Positions 1 to 10,284 of a stretch of DNA of 64,000 bases are shown here, piece by piece. This DNA is from an uncultured delta proteobacterium (GTDB lineage: Bacteria; Desulfobacterota; Binatia; UBA9968): NCBI GenBank assembly GCA_963745835.1, contig CAVUZH010000003.1:256001-320000 (forward strand). Reading direction: 5' to 3'. Every line of letters begins with the position of its first letter. Within the stretch, counting starts at the first letter, position 1. A model generated the notes under the pieces. It ran no database searches. It saw only the letters and a program-made list of their open reading frames with translations, and was not told where the DNA came from. The position numbers and the translations under genes are program-made.

Positions 1-998
1 TTATCGGCTCCGGTAGCCTTTCCTTTGAGATGATTCGCGCCCTGGTCGAACGTCTGCCGGTCATGATTACGCCGAGATGGGTGTCGGTCACCGCGCAACC
101 TATCGCGGTGCGCGATGTGCTGGACTATCTGGCCGGCGCTCTGGAAGTGACCACGGCCGAAAGCCGGATCTTCGAAATCGGCGGAAACGATCGAGTATCC
201 TACAAGGACATCATGGCGGAGTATGCCCGGCAACGCGGTTTGCGGCGCATTATGATTTCGGTTCCTGTAATCACTCCCAGGCTATCAAGTCTGTGGCTGG
301 CGCTGATCACGCCGGTCTATGCGCGAACTGGACGAAAGCTCGTCGACAGCATTCGCAATCCGACGATTGTCCGCGATTCAGCAGCGCTCGCCGCTTTTGA
401 CATCCGGCCGCTCGGTGTCGCGGCAGCGATTGCCGCGGCGTTGCGCAACGAAGACCTTGAACTCGCCGCGACCCGCTGGTCCGATTCGCTCTCCGCTGCG
501 GGGGCGCAACCTACCTGGGCGGGCGTGCGATTTGGCAATAGACTCGTCGACTCGCGGGTTGCCGATGTCAAGGTTCCTAGCGAATGCGCATTCGCTGTGA
601 TTTGTCGACTCGGTGGAGCGACAGGTTGGTATTATGCAAATTGGCTCTGGCAGTTACGCGGCTGGTTCGACTTGCTGGTCGGCGGCGTGGGCCTGCGCCG
701 CGGCCGTCGCCACCCGGAAGAGTTGCGGGTCGGCGATGCTCTGGATTTTTGGCGGGTGGAAGCAGTAGATGTCAATCGCCGTTTGCGGTTGCTTGCGGAA
801 ATGAAGTTGCCGGGCCGCGCCTGGCTTGAATATCTACTGGAACCGCATGGCAGCGGAACTCGGATAACCCAGAATGCGATTTTCGATCCCGTGGGCTTGG
901 CAGGGCTTGCATATTGGTATGCTGTCTATCCTCTGCATCGAATCCTCTTCGGCGGCATGTTGCGCGCCATTGGCCGTAAGGCCGAACAGAGCTTATAA
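1..998 (+). CDS. NAD(P)-binding SDR-like oxidoreductase with C-terminal DUF2867 domain (YbjT-like), 5'-truncated
   Basis: Frame is open from the window start (IGSGSLSFEMIRALVERLPVM). The C-terminal GG.TGWY..W.LRGW.D...GDALDFWRVE...LRLLAEMKLPG.AWL is typical of YbjT/DUF2867. Confidence 0.85.
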   Translation, partial: IGSGSLSFEMIRALVERLPVMITPRWVSVTAQPIAVRDVLDYLAGALEVTTAESRIFEIGGNDRVSYKDIMAEYARQRGLRRIMISVPVITPRLSSLWLALITPVYARTGRKLVDSIRNPTIVRDSAALAAFDIRPLGVAAAIAAALRNEDLELAATRWSDSLSAAGAQPTWAGVRFGNRLVDSRVADVKVPSECAFAVICRLGGATGWYYANWLWQLRGWFDLLVGGVGLRRGRRHPEELRVGDALDFWRVEAVDVNRRLRLLAEMKLPGRAWLEYLLEPHGSGTRITQNAIFDPVGLAGLAYWYAVYPLHRILFGGMLRAIGRKAEQSL

Positions 999-1123
999 GC
1001 GGAGGCGCGCACACTGTTCTCCAGCCGCCGTGAAAAACGTTGTAAGTGAAAACCGCTCGCGCTGTCGATGACGCCATGAAAGCTCAGCTCACGCGATTCG
1101 CTCCAAGTTTCTGATCAACTCTC

Positions 1124-1999
1124 ATGAAGGACCGCTCGGAAGTTGTTCTAAGAGTTACACCTGATTCTAGACTGGCCGACGAATGGGCGCTCGTTCTTAT
1201 AACTCAAGGTTTATCGCCCAGCTTACATCATGACGAGGGGGGTGTGGTTCTCAGCGTTCCTGCGGCTGAGGTGGAAATGGCGCTTGCCGGCCTGGCAGCC
1301 TACGAAAAGGAGAATACGGCTCCTGTTCAAAACCAGAATCGTGCGGATGATTTCGCAAGTTTGATCGCAGGGATCGTCGTTGCGGGTGTGCTGATCTTAA
1401 GTCATGCCGTTGCCGTTAGATGGAAAGAGGCCGCCCCTTGGTTCGATCAAGGCAGCGCCGCATCGAGCCGAATACTTGACGGCGAGCTATGGCGCACAGT
1501 CACGGCTCTCACTCTGCATGCCGATCTTGTCCATTTGTTTAGCAACGCCGTGGCCGCAGCCATTTTCGTCACGGCGCTTTCCAGCATCGTAGGCGCCGGG
1601 CTTGCCGTCGCTCTGGTCATGCTCGCCGGCGCTTGCGGGAATTTAGTTAACGCCTTGATGCAAGGCTCTTCCCACGTCTCGGTGGGAGCCTCCACTGCAA
1701 TCTTTGGCGCAGTCGGGGTGCTCGGGACTCTGGGATTGGTTAGGAGGCGACGAGAACCAACGCGAAGTCGTGGTGCCTGGATTCCAATCGCGGCTGCGCT
1801 TGGCTTACTTGCGATGCTTGGCACCGGTACCGGCCGCACCGATCTTCTGGCTCACCTGTTCGGCTTTTTCTGCGGCGCTTTATTAGGAGTTCCGGTCGGG
1901 TTGTTCTTTCCCGCTATGCCGGGACAAGTAATCCAATGGGTCTGCGGTAGCGCTACAGTTCTGGTGCTGATCTACTGCTGGACTTTAGCTCTGGGTTGA
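1124..1999 (+). CDS. Rhomboid family intramembrane serine protease
   Basis: WR..TA.TLH, HLFSN, catalytic GASTA and AHLFG motifs; multiple TM segments. Confidence 0.9.
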   Translation: MKDRSEVVLRVTPDSRLADEWALVLITQGLSPSLHHDEGGVVLSVPAAEVEMALAGLAAYEKENTAPVQNQNRADDFASLIAGIVVAGVLILSHAVAVRWKEAAPWFDQGSAASSRILDGELWRTVTALTLHADLVHLFSNAVAAAIFVTALSSIVGAGLAVALVMLAGACGNLVNALMQGSSHVSVGASTAIFGAVGVLGTLGLVRRRREPTRSRGAWIPIAAALGLLAMLGTGTGRTDLLAHLFGFFCGALLGVPVGLFFPAMPGQVIQWVCGSATVLVLIYCWTLALG

Positions 2000-2051
2000 G
2001 AAGCTCGGATCGGATCGGCCGAACGGTTCAGTTTACGGCTCGCGCTTTTCC

Positions 2052-3335
2052 TTAGTGTTTTGTCTCGTGCCTCTGTGCTGCATCCGTATTCTCGCCAAAG
2101 GAATTACCCGCTTGCCGGATGGAGGGAAGCTGGGTGGCAAAAACCGCTACTGCAAGAAGACAGACGGTGCCGGCGATCATCATCGTGCCGGGCGTTCCGA
2201 TCCATGCAGCGATCGCTCCGAATAGCAGGCTGCCTAATGATTCGATGCCGCGGCGCGCCATGACGAACAGGCTCAGCACCCGGCCGCGTTTCTGATCCTC
2301 GACTATCGTCTGCACGATAGTGTTGCTTGAGGCCATCTGCATCATCAGCGAGAAACCTAGCACGAGCGCGATAATCAAAGAGATCGGCAGCGCATTGGAC
2401 AACGCTAGCGCAAAATATCCGATGCCATAGAGGACTGCGGCTATCACGATCATCTCTCCGAGGCCTTTGAGATTGTTGCGCGAAGCAAGAAATACCGCGC
2501 CGGCAAGGGCGCCGACGCCGGTGGCCGACATGAGATAACCGAAAACACGTGGGCCGCCCTGCAGAATGTCTTCCGCATACACCGGCATAAGCAGCGGGTA
2601 GGATGCGGCGACGAAACTCACCACCGCGACGAAAATTAGAATCGATCGAATCGGCACTGATGCAAACGTGTAAGTTGCGCCTTCGATGATGGCCGCCTTA
2701 AAACCAAGCGCGCTCGAAGAAAACTTCTTTTTGGGAATCTTCATCATCATCAGCGCGCCTACAACTGTAAGGTAACTCACGCTGTTGATCGCAAAGCAGA
2801 GCCCTTCTCCCACGGTCGCGATCAGAATGCCGGCGACTGCGGGACCGATTAAAAGCGCGCCGTTGAAGATGAAAGAGTTTAGAGCAATGGCGTTCGGCAA
2901 ATCATCCTTATTCTCGATCATATCAACGATGAAGGCTTGGCGCGCGGTAATATCAAAGGCGCTGATGATACCAAGGATCCCGCCCAGGACGATCACATGC
3001 CAGACTGCGACAGATTCAGTGATGACGAGGAGGGCCAGTACCGCAGCCTGGATCGCGGCCAGCAGTTGGGTGACGAAAAGTATTTGATGGCGTTTGAGCC
3101 GGTCTGCCAAAACACCGGCAAACGGTACCAGAAAAAATAGCGGGATGTCGCTGACAAATGCCACGACACCCAACATCAACTCCGACTTGGTGAGCCGATA
3201 GACCAGCCAGCGCATGGCGATCTGTTGCATCCAGGTACCGATAAGCGACGCCGCCTGGCCAAAGAAGAACAGTCGAAAATTTCGCGAGCTCAGCGCGCGA
3301 ACGAGAAACTTTAGATTGTTTATCTGGATACGCAT
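2052..3335 (-). CDS. MFS transporter (DHA3/MFS_3-like)
   Basis: RNFRLFFFGQ..SLIGTWMQ, GVLADR and NAIALNS motifs; about 12 TM segments. Confidence 0.9.
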   Translation of the reverse strand: MRIQINNLKFLVRALSSRNFRLFFFGQAASLIGTWMQQIAMRWLVYRLTKSELMLGVVAFVSDIPLFFLVPFAGVLADRLKRHQILFVTQLLAAIQAAVLALLVITESVAVWHVIVLGGILGIISAFDITARQAFIVDMIENKDDLPNAIALNSFIFNGALLIGPAVAGILIATVGEGLCFAINSVSYLTVVGALMMMKIPKKKFSSSALGFKAAIIEGATYTFASVPIRSILIFVAVVSFVAASYPLLMPVYAEDILQGGPRVFGYLMSATGVGALAGAVFLASRNNLKGLGEMIVIAAVLYGIGYFALALSNALPISLIIALVLGFSLMMQMASSNTIVQTIVEDQKRGRVLSLFVMARRGIESLGSLLFGAIAAWIGTPGTMMIAGTVCLLAVAVFATQLPSIRQAGNSFGENTDAAQRHETKH

Positions 3336-3545
3336 CAATCTAGTACTGGCAGGCTTTTAGATGGACCAGTTCATGAACGTTTGTTCAACGGAAGGATGTG
3401 CCGAACCTACGCAACTTCTCTTCATCTCTAGGTCCGGAGCGAAGATGTCCCTGACACGGGACTTTTGTTGCAAACACGACACATCACAAGTTGCTGTGGC
3501 AAAAAACTCTAGAATAACTTTGCCATTTTATTTCCGAATCGCGTT

Positions 3546-3561
3546 TGGCACCTGCTGTGCA
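3546..3561 (+). promoter_or_regulatory. Putative sigma-54 (-24/-12) promoter
   Basis: TGGCACCTGCTGTGCA has GG-N10-GC spacing and lies 33 nt upstream of the ATG at 3595. Confidence 0.55.
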
Positions 3562-3594
3562 CCCTACGGAGTACACTACATAATTGGAGGACAT

Positions 3595-3858
3595 ATGAAC
3601 AAACATCGGCTCAATCCGGATCAATTCAAATGTGACTGGCCTGAATTCAGAAGCGAACTGCAAAAAAACTGGAAAGACTTCTCCGACGAGGACCTGACGG
3701 AAATCGAAGGGGATTACGAGAAGTTCGTTTCGATGGTGCAGAAAAGGTGCCGCGACAAGGAAGAGGACGTTGTGCGCTGGGCCACCGACTGGTACTCCCG
3801 ACGTGAACAGCACGACGCCGCGGCCAGACAATCCACGATATCACGAAATCAAATGTAA
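3595..3858 (+). CDS. CsbD/YjbJ-like general stress protein
   Basis: GGAGG RBS before ATG 3595. DQFKCDW.EF...LQKNWKDFSDEDLTEIEGDYEKFVSMVQKR matches the CsbD pattern. The ORF track start at 3361 is too far upstream. Confidence 0.75.
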   Translation: MNKHRLNPDQFKCDWPEFRSELQKNWKDFSDEDLTEIEGDYEKFVSMVQKRCRDKEEDVVRWATDWYSRREQHDAAARQSTISRNQM

Positions 3859-3910
3859 CATTATTAAGCTTGGATGGGCTAATCGCGTTTCGATAAATTG
3901 CACATAAGTT

Positions 3911-3950
3911 GTATCGCGACCGGTGTCTGCAGGCACCGGTCGCGGTATAC
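3911..3950. terminator. GC-rich hairpin between convergent genes, possible terminator
   Basis: GTATCGCGACCGGTGTC-TGCA-GGCACCGGTCGCGGTATAC; lacks a clear U-tract. Confidence 0.45.
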
Positions 3951-4089
3951 GTGTCCGCTACCTGCAGCTTCTTATTCGATCGGCATCAGCAGAACGCTTT
4001 ACACTCGTAGAGGCTTCGTTTTTCAAATTGAGTCAACACAGGCGGGGCTGTGCTGGTCAACGAGCAATCCCTTAATCAATCAGGTGCGT

Positions 4090-5085
4090 TTACATCTTCA
4101 GCAAGCGCTTGGCGTTGCCCTCGAGCATCAGTAGCTTGTCCGCTTCGGAGACGTCCAGTTCCTCAACCTTCTTCGCCGCCTGCCAATCGCCCAGATCATA
4201 GGGATAGTCCGTGCCCACCATGATGTGGTCCACGCCAGCCAGACCGATCAAATACTTGATGGTATCGAGCCGATAAATCATGTCGTCATAGTAGATATTC
4301 TTCAGATAGCCGCTGGGCGGCATCTTGGCTTTGGCCGCGCGGGCGCCGGCGCGAACTTCCCAGCCCCGGTCGAAGCGCCCGAGATGGTACGGGAAGAATC
4401 CGCCGCCATGGAGAATGCAAAGCTTTAGATTGGGAAATCGGTCGAATACGCCGCTGTAGGTGAGAAAGCCAAAGCAGAGCGCGCTGTCGGCGGGATTGCC
4501 GCAAATCAATTTCAAACCGTAAGGATTCATCTTATCGGCGCCGGCGACATCCTCCGGATGCATCACGATCATGACGTCGAGTTCTTGCGCTTTGGCCCAG
4601 AACGGATCGAAATCCGGCGTGCCGTAATAGTTGCCATTGACGTTGGTGCCGATGTAGCCGCCCTTGAATTTCAGATCGCGCACCGCGTGCTCCAGGACTT
4701 TGGCGGCGCGGGTCGGGTCCTGTAGCGGCACCGAGGCCATGCCGACAAATCGACCCGGGTGGCTGTCGATCAAACCCTTGATTCCCTCATTGTAAACGGT
4801 GCACCAGTTTTCGCCTTGCTCACCGGTGAGGCGATAACCCAATGTTGCTGTGTGAGCTTCCAGCGCAGCCATGGCGAGCTTAGAATCCTCCATCATCTTT
4901 AGCCGTTCGTCGATCGCCGGGAGTTCCGGGTGGAGCACGAAAGGTGGCCCGCCGGCAAACGACAGCGACTGCTGTCCGTCTTTTTCCGTTAGTTCGACGC
5001 CGAGATGCTTGCCGCGCTTTCTGGCTTCTTCCAATAGGCTTTTGGGCACATAATGATGATGGATATCGATAGCGCAGGTTTTCAT
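4090..5085 (-). CDS. Amidohydrolase_2 family protein (ACMSD/decarboxylase-like)
   Basis: IDIHHH metal motif, MHP, HGGGFFPY and GTDYPY. Confidence 0.9.
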   Translation of the reverse strand: MKTCAIDIHHHYVPKSLLEEARKRGKHLGVELTEKDGQQSLSFAGGPPFVLHPELPAIDERLKMMEDSKLAMAALEAHTATLGYRLTGEQGENWCTVYNEGIKGLIDSHPGRFVGMASVPLQDPTRAAKVLEHAVRDLKFKGGYIGTNVNGNYYGTPDFDPFWAKAQELDVMIVMHPEDVAGADKMNPYGLKLICGNPADSALCFGFLTYSGVFDRFPNLKLCILHGGGFFPYHLGRFDRGWEVRAGARAAKAKMPPSGYLKNIYYDDMIYRLDTIKYLIGLAGVDHIMVGTDYPYDLGDWQAAKKVEELDVSEADKLLMLEGNAKRLLKM

Positions 5086-5181
5086 TTTGATTCGATCCTT
5101 GTGAAGCTATGGTCTAATGGAATGTGGCGTTGGCCGCTAAGCCAACGCCACATGATCAGAAATCGCAAGGGGGAAGTCTAG

Positions 5182-6847
5182 TTAGTTGATGCAAAGCTGC
5201 TGGCGCCGGACCTTACCAGGGAAGACATCGTTGCAGTGACCTTCTTCCACCACTGTCGCGCCGTTGACGATGACCGCCTTCATTCCCGGCGGGTGTCTCT
5301 TCACTTCCTGGGCATCGATGACGTCGGGCAACTGCTTGCTGACCAAGTCGTCGATTTTATCCGGATCGAAAACAGTCAAATCCGCGGGCATTCCTTCTTT
5401 GACCAAACCACGGTTGAGCCGAAGTTTCTTCGCCGGAAAACCGGTGAGCTTGTGGACCGCTTGTTCGAGGCTAAATAGATTTTTCTCGCGGCGCCAGAAG
5501 CCGAGAACTTTTGTTGGCGCGCCGTGCCAGAAAAATCGATCGAGATGCGCTCCAACATCGGTGCCGATCAGGCTGGTGTCGGATTTGATCATTTCCGCAA
5601 GCAGCTCGGGATGAGCGTTGGCAAGGCCATGATAAAGGATTTGCGAATCTAGATTGTCTTCGAGCCAGGTATCGAAGAACGCGTCCACCGGCGCTTTCTC
5701 GGTCAAGCGGGCGATCTCTACGACGTTCTTACCTTCGATCTTTTTAAGCTCCGGTTTTTTCACGTGCTCGAAAACCACCCGATCCCAACCATGCCATTCG
5801 GGAAACTCGAGTTTGCCCTCGCAAGCGATCCGCTCCTTTTCGATTTTGCGTCTGGTTTCTTTATCGGCCAGCTTGGACTTTGAAATCGCTCGAATTCTTG
5901 ATCGCTTCCCATGTCGGCAGGCCGTTGAAAAGGAAACAGTCGTCGATGTTGAATCGGCGAATATGCTGATAAGGAATTACCACGCCGTAAATGTCTTGGC
6001 CGCGCTTTTGAGCTTCTTCCATGTATTTGATCGACTGCATGCCCGCGGCTTTTGCGCCAGGCCGCACGCGGAATTCGTTGCCGATCTGTAATGTTTTTAT
6101 CTTGGTCAGCATTTCCGGAACGCCGGATTCCGGCTGCAGGACCATCTGAAAGCCATTGAACTGGAAGCAGCCGTTGTATTCGGCGGCGACGCCGGCCAAC
6201 TCGATGATCTCCTGATGGGTCGCGAAAGTGCTCGGCGTGCCGGCATGAATCGCGGGCCCGCCGCGCGGGCTGGTAGAAAAACCGATGGCTCCCAGCTCCA
6301 TGCCTTCGCGCACCATTTTCTTCATCGTGTCCAGCTCTTCAGGAGTGGACTCGCGCGCGTAGGCGGCTTCGCCCATTACCGTCAAGCGAACCGGAGAGTG
6401 GGGCATCAACGGCAGCACGTTAATTGCGATCTTGCCCTCGAGATAATTCAGGTACTCGGCAAATGTGTTCCACTTCCAGTCCTTATCGTCGACATACTTA
6501 TCCAGCACCCGACGTAAATACTGGACTAAAACCTGGCGCGGTTCCGGTTTCGGCGGTACGGGCGCGCACGAGGCGCCGCAATCGCCGATAACGATGCTGG
6601 TAACGCCATAATTAACCACCGGATTGCCATTAGGATACTGAACAATAAAGGCGTCCATGTGGGTGTGAGAATCGATGAATCCCGGCGCCACGACCTGTCC
6701 CTTGGCGTCAATCTCCTTTTTTCCCGAGCCTAGATTTTTGCCGATAGCGGCGATTTTGTCGCCGTCGATGGCCACGTCTGCCTGGTAGGCCGGACTTCCA
6801 CTGCCGTCAACTACCGTGCCGTTTTTGATCAGTAAGTCATGCGTCAT
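5182..6847 (-). CDS. N-acyl-D-amino-acid deacylase-like amidohydrolase (one frameshift near 5880)
   Basis: DLLIKNGTVVDGSG and APGFIDSHTH at the N-terminus; TDVGAH and ADLTVFDP at the C-terminus. Removing one base from TTT 5879-5881 joins the two ORFs (DFKSKLADKETRRKIE...). Confidence 0.85.
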
Positions 6848-6999
6848 ATGCGTGTCGCCTCCTTTGTGAACTTATTTCGCTTATCCCACTGAAGGTCCCA
6901 GGCTGTCAACCGCGTGGATGAGCTTCGAAATCATGCCGCATCACGGTGCGTCTTCATCTCCGTAACTCGCCGTAAGCAGCCGTTCGCGTTGTTTTAGTA

Positions 7000-7078
7000 G
7001 TTCCAAGTTCCAATAGTTCCAGTTGTTCCAATCGTTTGGAACGCGCCCAAGCGTTGGAACGTTTGGAACGATTGGAAC
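7000..7078. repeat. Palindromic array of 9-bp GTTCCAANN units
   Basis: Four GTTCCA units followed by four inverted TGGAAC units. Confidence 0.85.
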
Positions 7079-7119
7079 CGGAGAGACGAGAGGTGACTTT
7101 TTTGTGCTACACTACGACG

Positions 7120-7638
7120 ATGAACCCCAATATCGAAGACGCCAAACGGAAAGTGAGCGCCTGGGTGGAAAAACACAAGCAGGCAACGCTGTTGGACGAG
7201 GAGAGTTCGACGCTCTTGGATGTAGCATCGGGACGAAAGACAGTTATTCCATGGCGTGACCTGGCGGCCTTCGAAGAAAAAATTCATCCCGAGACGCAAG
7301 GCAGCTATCTGGTTCTGCTGTTCGAAGACGGCAAACAAATCGCGCTGGTGGATCCGGGAGGTGTCGCATTTGCTCCATCGTTGGAGAACACCGGGCCGTT
7401 ACGGGATGCGCCGCCGGTAGTTTGTCTCAAAGACTTTCATACGCTCAAACCGCGCATCGATCATTACCTCTATGATCATCCCGACGAACCTCCGCCGAAG
7501 GAAACTCTCGACCTGGTGATGCTCTGCATCGCCATTCTCGACGGCGCGCGCGCCGTGGGATTCGATATCGCCGATCTTGAAGGGGAACTAGAGAAGTCTC
7601 TAAGCGACATCGAGCGCAGGACCGGTTCAACGAATTGA
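7120..7638 (+). CDS. Hypothetical protein
   Basis: 172-aa ORF with natural composition. The upstream extension in the ORF track (LERLERLE) is only the translated repeat. Confidence 0.7.
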   Translation: MNPNIEDAKRKVSAWVEKHKQATLLDEESSTLLDVASGRKTVIPWRDLAAFEEKIHPETQGSYLVLLFEDGKQIALVDPGGVAFAPSLENTGPLRDAPPVVCLKDFHTLKPRIDHYLYDHPDEPPPKETLDLVMLCIAILDGARAVGFDIADLEGELEKSLSDIERRTGSTN

Positions 7639-7692
7639 GATCGACTCCGGGATCGTGCGAGATCTTCCGCTCCTTCCAGGTAAAAAATCCAT

Positions 7693-8935
7693 ATGGGAAT
7701 CGTTAACAACCTGCATTGTCCGAAGTGTGCGCACCGGGCAACTTCTAGAATCGAGTTTCAATGCCCACTATGCGGCTCCATTCTTGAAGTCGAGGTCGAG
7801 ATCGGTCATTTGACTCGCGCCGATTTTGAGGCCATGCGCCAGAGTCGCGACCGAAGTATCTGGCGCTGGTTCGACTTTTTTCCAGTCGAAGATCGATCTT
7901 GCATCGTTTCGCTGGGCGAGGGAAGCACACCGCTACTTAACGCGCGGGGTCTCGGCGAGCGCGTCGAGCTGGCCAATCTGTATTTAAAGAATGACACCGT
8001 TCTTCCGACCGGATCGCTGAAAGACCGCAGCAACAGCGTCGGAATTTCCAAAGCGAAGGAACTGGGCTTTACAACCACGACGGTGATGTCGACCGGTAAC
8101 GCGGCCGCTTCGGTCGCGGCGTATTCCGCGGCGGCAGGAATGAAAAGCGTGGTCATGGTTCCGGCAGGCACCGCGCCTTCCAAGATCATTCAGGCGCGCG
8201 CCTATGGAGCGTTGGTGGTGGTCATCGATGGGAATTTCGATCAGGAGGTCGCGCAGCTCTATAAGGCGGCAGTGAGAGAGTTCGGTTGGTACGATTGTCT
8301 GTCGTCGAATCCTTACCGCGAAGGCAAAAAGTCGTATGCGTATGAACTGGTGGATCAGTTCGACGAGCAGATTCCTGATTGGCTGATACATCCCACGGCG
8401 GGTGGTACCGGCATCTACGCCGCATGGAAAGGATTCAATGAATTGGTTTCTTTGAATCTGATCGATCGCGCCCCCAGACTCGTGGTTGCTCAGAGCGCGG
8501 CAGCGGCGCCCATAGTCGACGCCTTTGAAAACGACCTGGCCGAGATTGTTCCGGTAATCGCGCGGCAGACGGTCGCGGAAAGCATCCAGGTCGGCAACCC
8601 AGCTTCGTTAGGGTGGCGCGCCCTGGCGGCAGTGCGCGAATCCAGGGGCAGCGCAGTGGCGGTGAGTGACCGAGAAACTCTCGAAGCGCAATATCTGATC
8701 GGTTCAAAAGCAGGAATCTTTGCCGAGCCCGCGGCGGCAACGTCGTTAGCGGCGGCTATCAAGCTGCGAAAATCGGGCGTGATCGGTCAAGGACGATGTT
8801 GTCGTGTGCAATCTCACAGGTCACGGTTTGAAACAGCCGGAAGCGATTCGCATTCCGCAGAGCGAGCTTCAGCCCATTGCGCCGACACTGGACGCGCTGC
8901 GCGAGAAACTTCGCAAGGGCGGCAGCGCGGTCTAA
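7693..8935 (+). CDS. thrC: Threonine synthase-like PLP enzyme (frameshift near 8788)
   Basis: N-terminal CxxC...CxxC, SLGEG.TPL, PTGSLKDR (PLP Lys), STGNAA. The C-terminal VVCNLTGHGLK is in the +1 frame and ends at TAA 8933-8935. Confidence 0.85.
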
Positions 8936-8985
8936 CCTGAGCTCGTTCTCGACCGTAGAATATGGGCTGAGTCGTAAGGGAGTGG

Positions 8986-9013
8986 CACCACGAAGGGCAC
9001 GAAGATCACGAAG
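8986..9013 (+). repeat. Three 9-bp CACGAAGNN units (single arm)
   Basis: CACCACGAAGGG-CACGAAGAT-CACGAAG. Confidence 0.7.
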
Positions 9014-9169
9014 TCATATATACGGCAACCATACTCCCGAGAGCAGTCTCCGGAGCCAGCGGAGCGGAAATGTCACGGGCCGTTTGAAAAACTTGTTGCG
9101 AGCTATCGAGAGTTTGTTGAAATCGCCAGAATACGCTAAAGTAGTGATGTCACTACATGGAGGGACCGT

Positions 9170-9448
9170 ATGCGTTTAGGTCTGCGCGAGGCGAATCAGA
9201 AATTTTCCAAGGCGATCCAAGCGGTGAAGCAGGGAAAGGAGATCGTATTGACCGAACGAGGCAAGCCGATCGCTGTCATCAAACCGATTGAGGCCGGCAA
9301 GGACGAGTCCGCCGTCATCCGTCGTCTGGAATCGGAGGGGGTTTTGCGGCCGGCAGCAAAACGGGGAGCGATGCCGGACATCAAACCCGTTCGTATCAAA
9401 GGCAAAATGCTGTCCGCGACCGTTAGAGAAGACCGGGACGAGGACTGA
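9170..9448 (+). CDS. Phd/YefM family antitoxin
   Basis: LREANQKFS..I..V..G.EIVLTERGKPIAVIKP; GGAGG RBS. Confidence 0.9.
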   Translation: MRLGLREANQKFSKAIQAVKQGKEIVLTERGKPIAVIKPIEAGKDESAVIRRLESEGVLRPAAKRGAMPDIKPVRIKGKMLSATVREDRDED

Positions 9449-9889
9449 TGGCGATCCGGATGGGCGTATTTCGATACCAGTGCTTTGGTGAAACGCTATA
9501 TCCGCGAGCCCGGATCGGAACAGGTGAGGGCGCTGTTGCGCCGGCATGAACTCTTGTCGTCGGTGTTGACGCCAGTGGAAATTGTATCTGCACTCTGCAG
9601 ACGCAGGCGAGAAGGCGACATCTCGGCGAATACCCTTGCAGCGTTATTGCGCAGGATGCGCAGCGACCAGGCGCGGTGGGAAATGGTGGAAGTTAATCTC
9701 TCCGTGCTGGAACGCGCTCAAGAATTGCTGCAAGGTACGACGGCCTTGAGGACACTCGACGCGATTCAGGTCGCGTCATTGATCACCGTTCAAGCGGCGT
9801 CAGCGATCCGGCTTCCACTGATTACGGCGGATTTACGCCAGCGCGAGTGTGCGACACAAGCCGGAATTGATACCATTGCGGTCGGTTGA
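9448..9889 (+). CDS. vapC: VapC/PIN-domain toxin (frameshift near 9458)
   Basis: AYFDTSALVKRY, VEIVSAL, LRTLDAIQVAS and TAD.RQ. The ATG at 9448 overlaps the antitoxin stop (TGATG) but is one base out of frame with the PIN body. Confidence 0.85.
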
Positions 9890-10130
9890 ATCTCCTGTGA
9901 GGTCCCCTTTGGACTGATTAAAATCTTTGACTTCGGACGAAGCGAAAGTTGGTCATGATGACGAACGCGGCCAGGATCATCCGTCGGGCTCGAGAAATCT
10001 CCTAAGTTATCGTGTCATTGAGAAATTATGATTTCGATGCCCGACTAGCGCGTCAGGCAAGAGGTTTACCTCTGCTGAAGCTCTGAATTTATACGAGCGC
10101 GCTTGATCGGTTCGTTACAAGCAGTCGAGA

Positions 10131-10230
10131 CTACGGCTTGTACAGCTTGGCGACAAAATCTTCCCTTTTCTAGTCCATTACGATCGAGCATCGAGGATGT
10201 CCTCGACTTTCAATGTGGCGCCGGGTTGCG
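10131..10230 (-). pseudogene. Relic 3' end of an NMT1/SsuA-type binding-protein gene
   Basis: With frameshifts it reads ATLKVEDILDAR...EK.DFVAKLYKP*, similar to the C-termini of intact SBPs in this window. Confidence 0.4.
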
Positions 10231-10284
10231 CGAGATCGCATAATTCATGTTTTCCGTCGCCGAGCAATGTTTTCAGCAGCCTGC

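Noticed and set aside
7000-7078. Repeat arrays as CRISPR
   Set aside because: Units are 6-9 bp, inverted about a centre, without unique 30-40 bp spacers, and no cas genes are present.
7036-7119. N-terminal LERLERLE extension of the hypothetical ORF
   Set aside because: It is simply the translation of the intergenic repeat.
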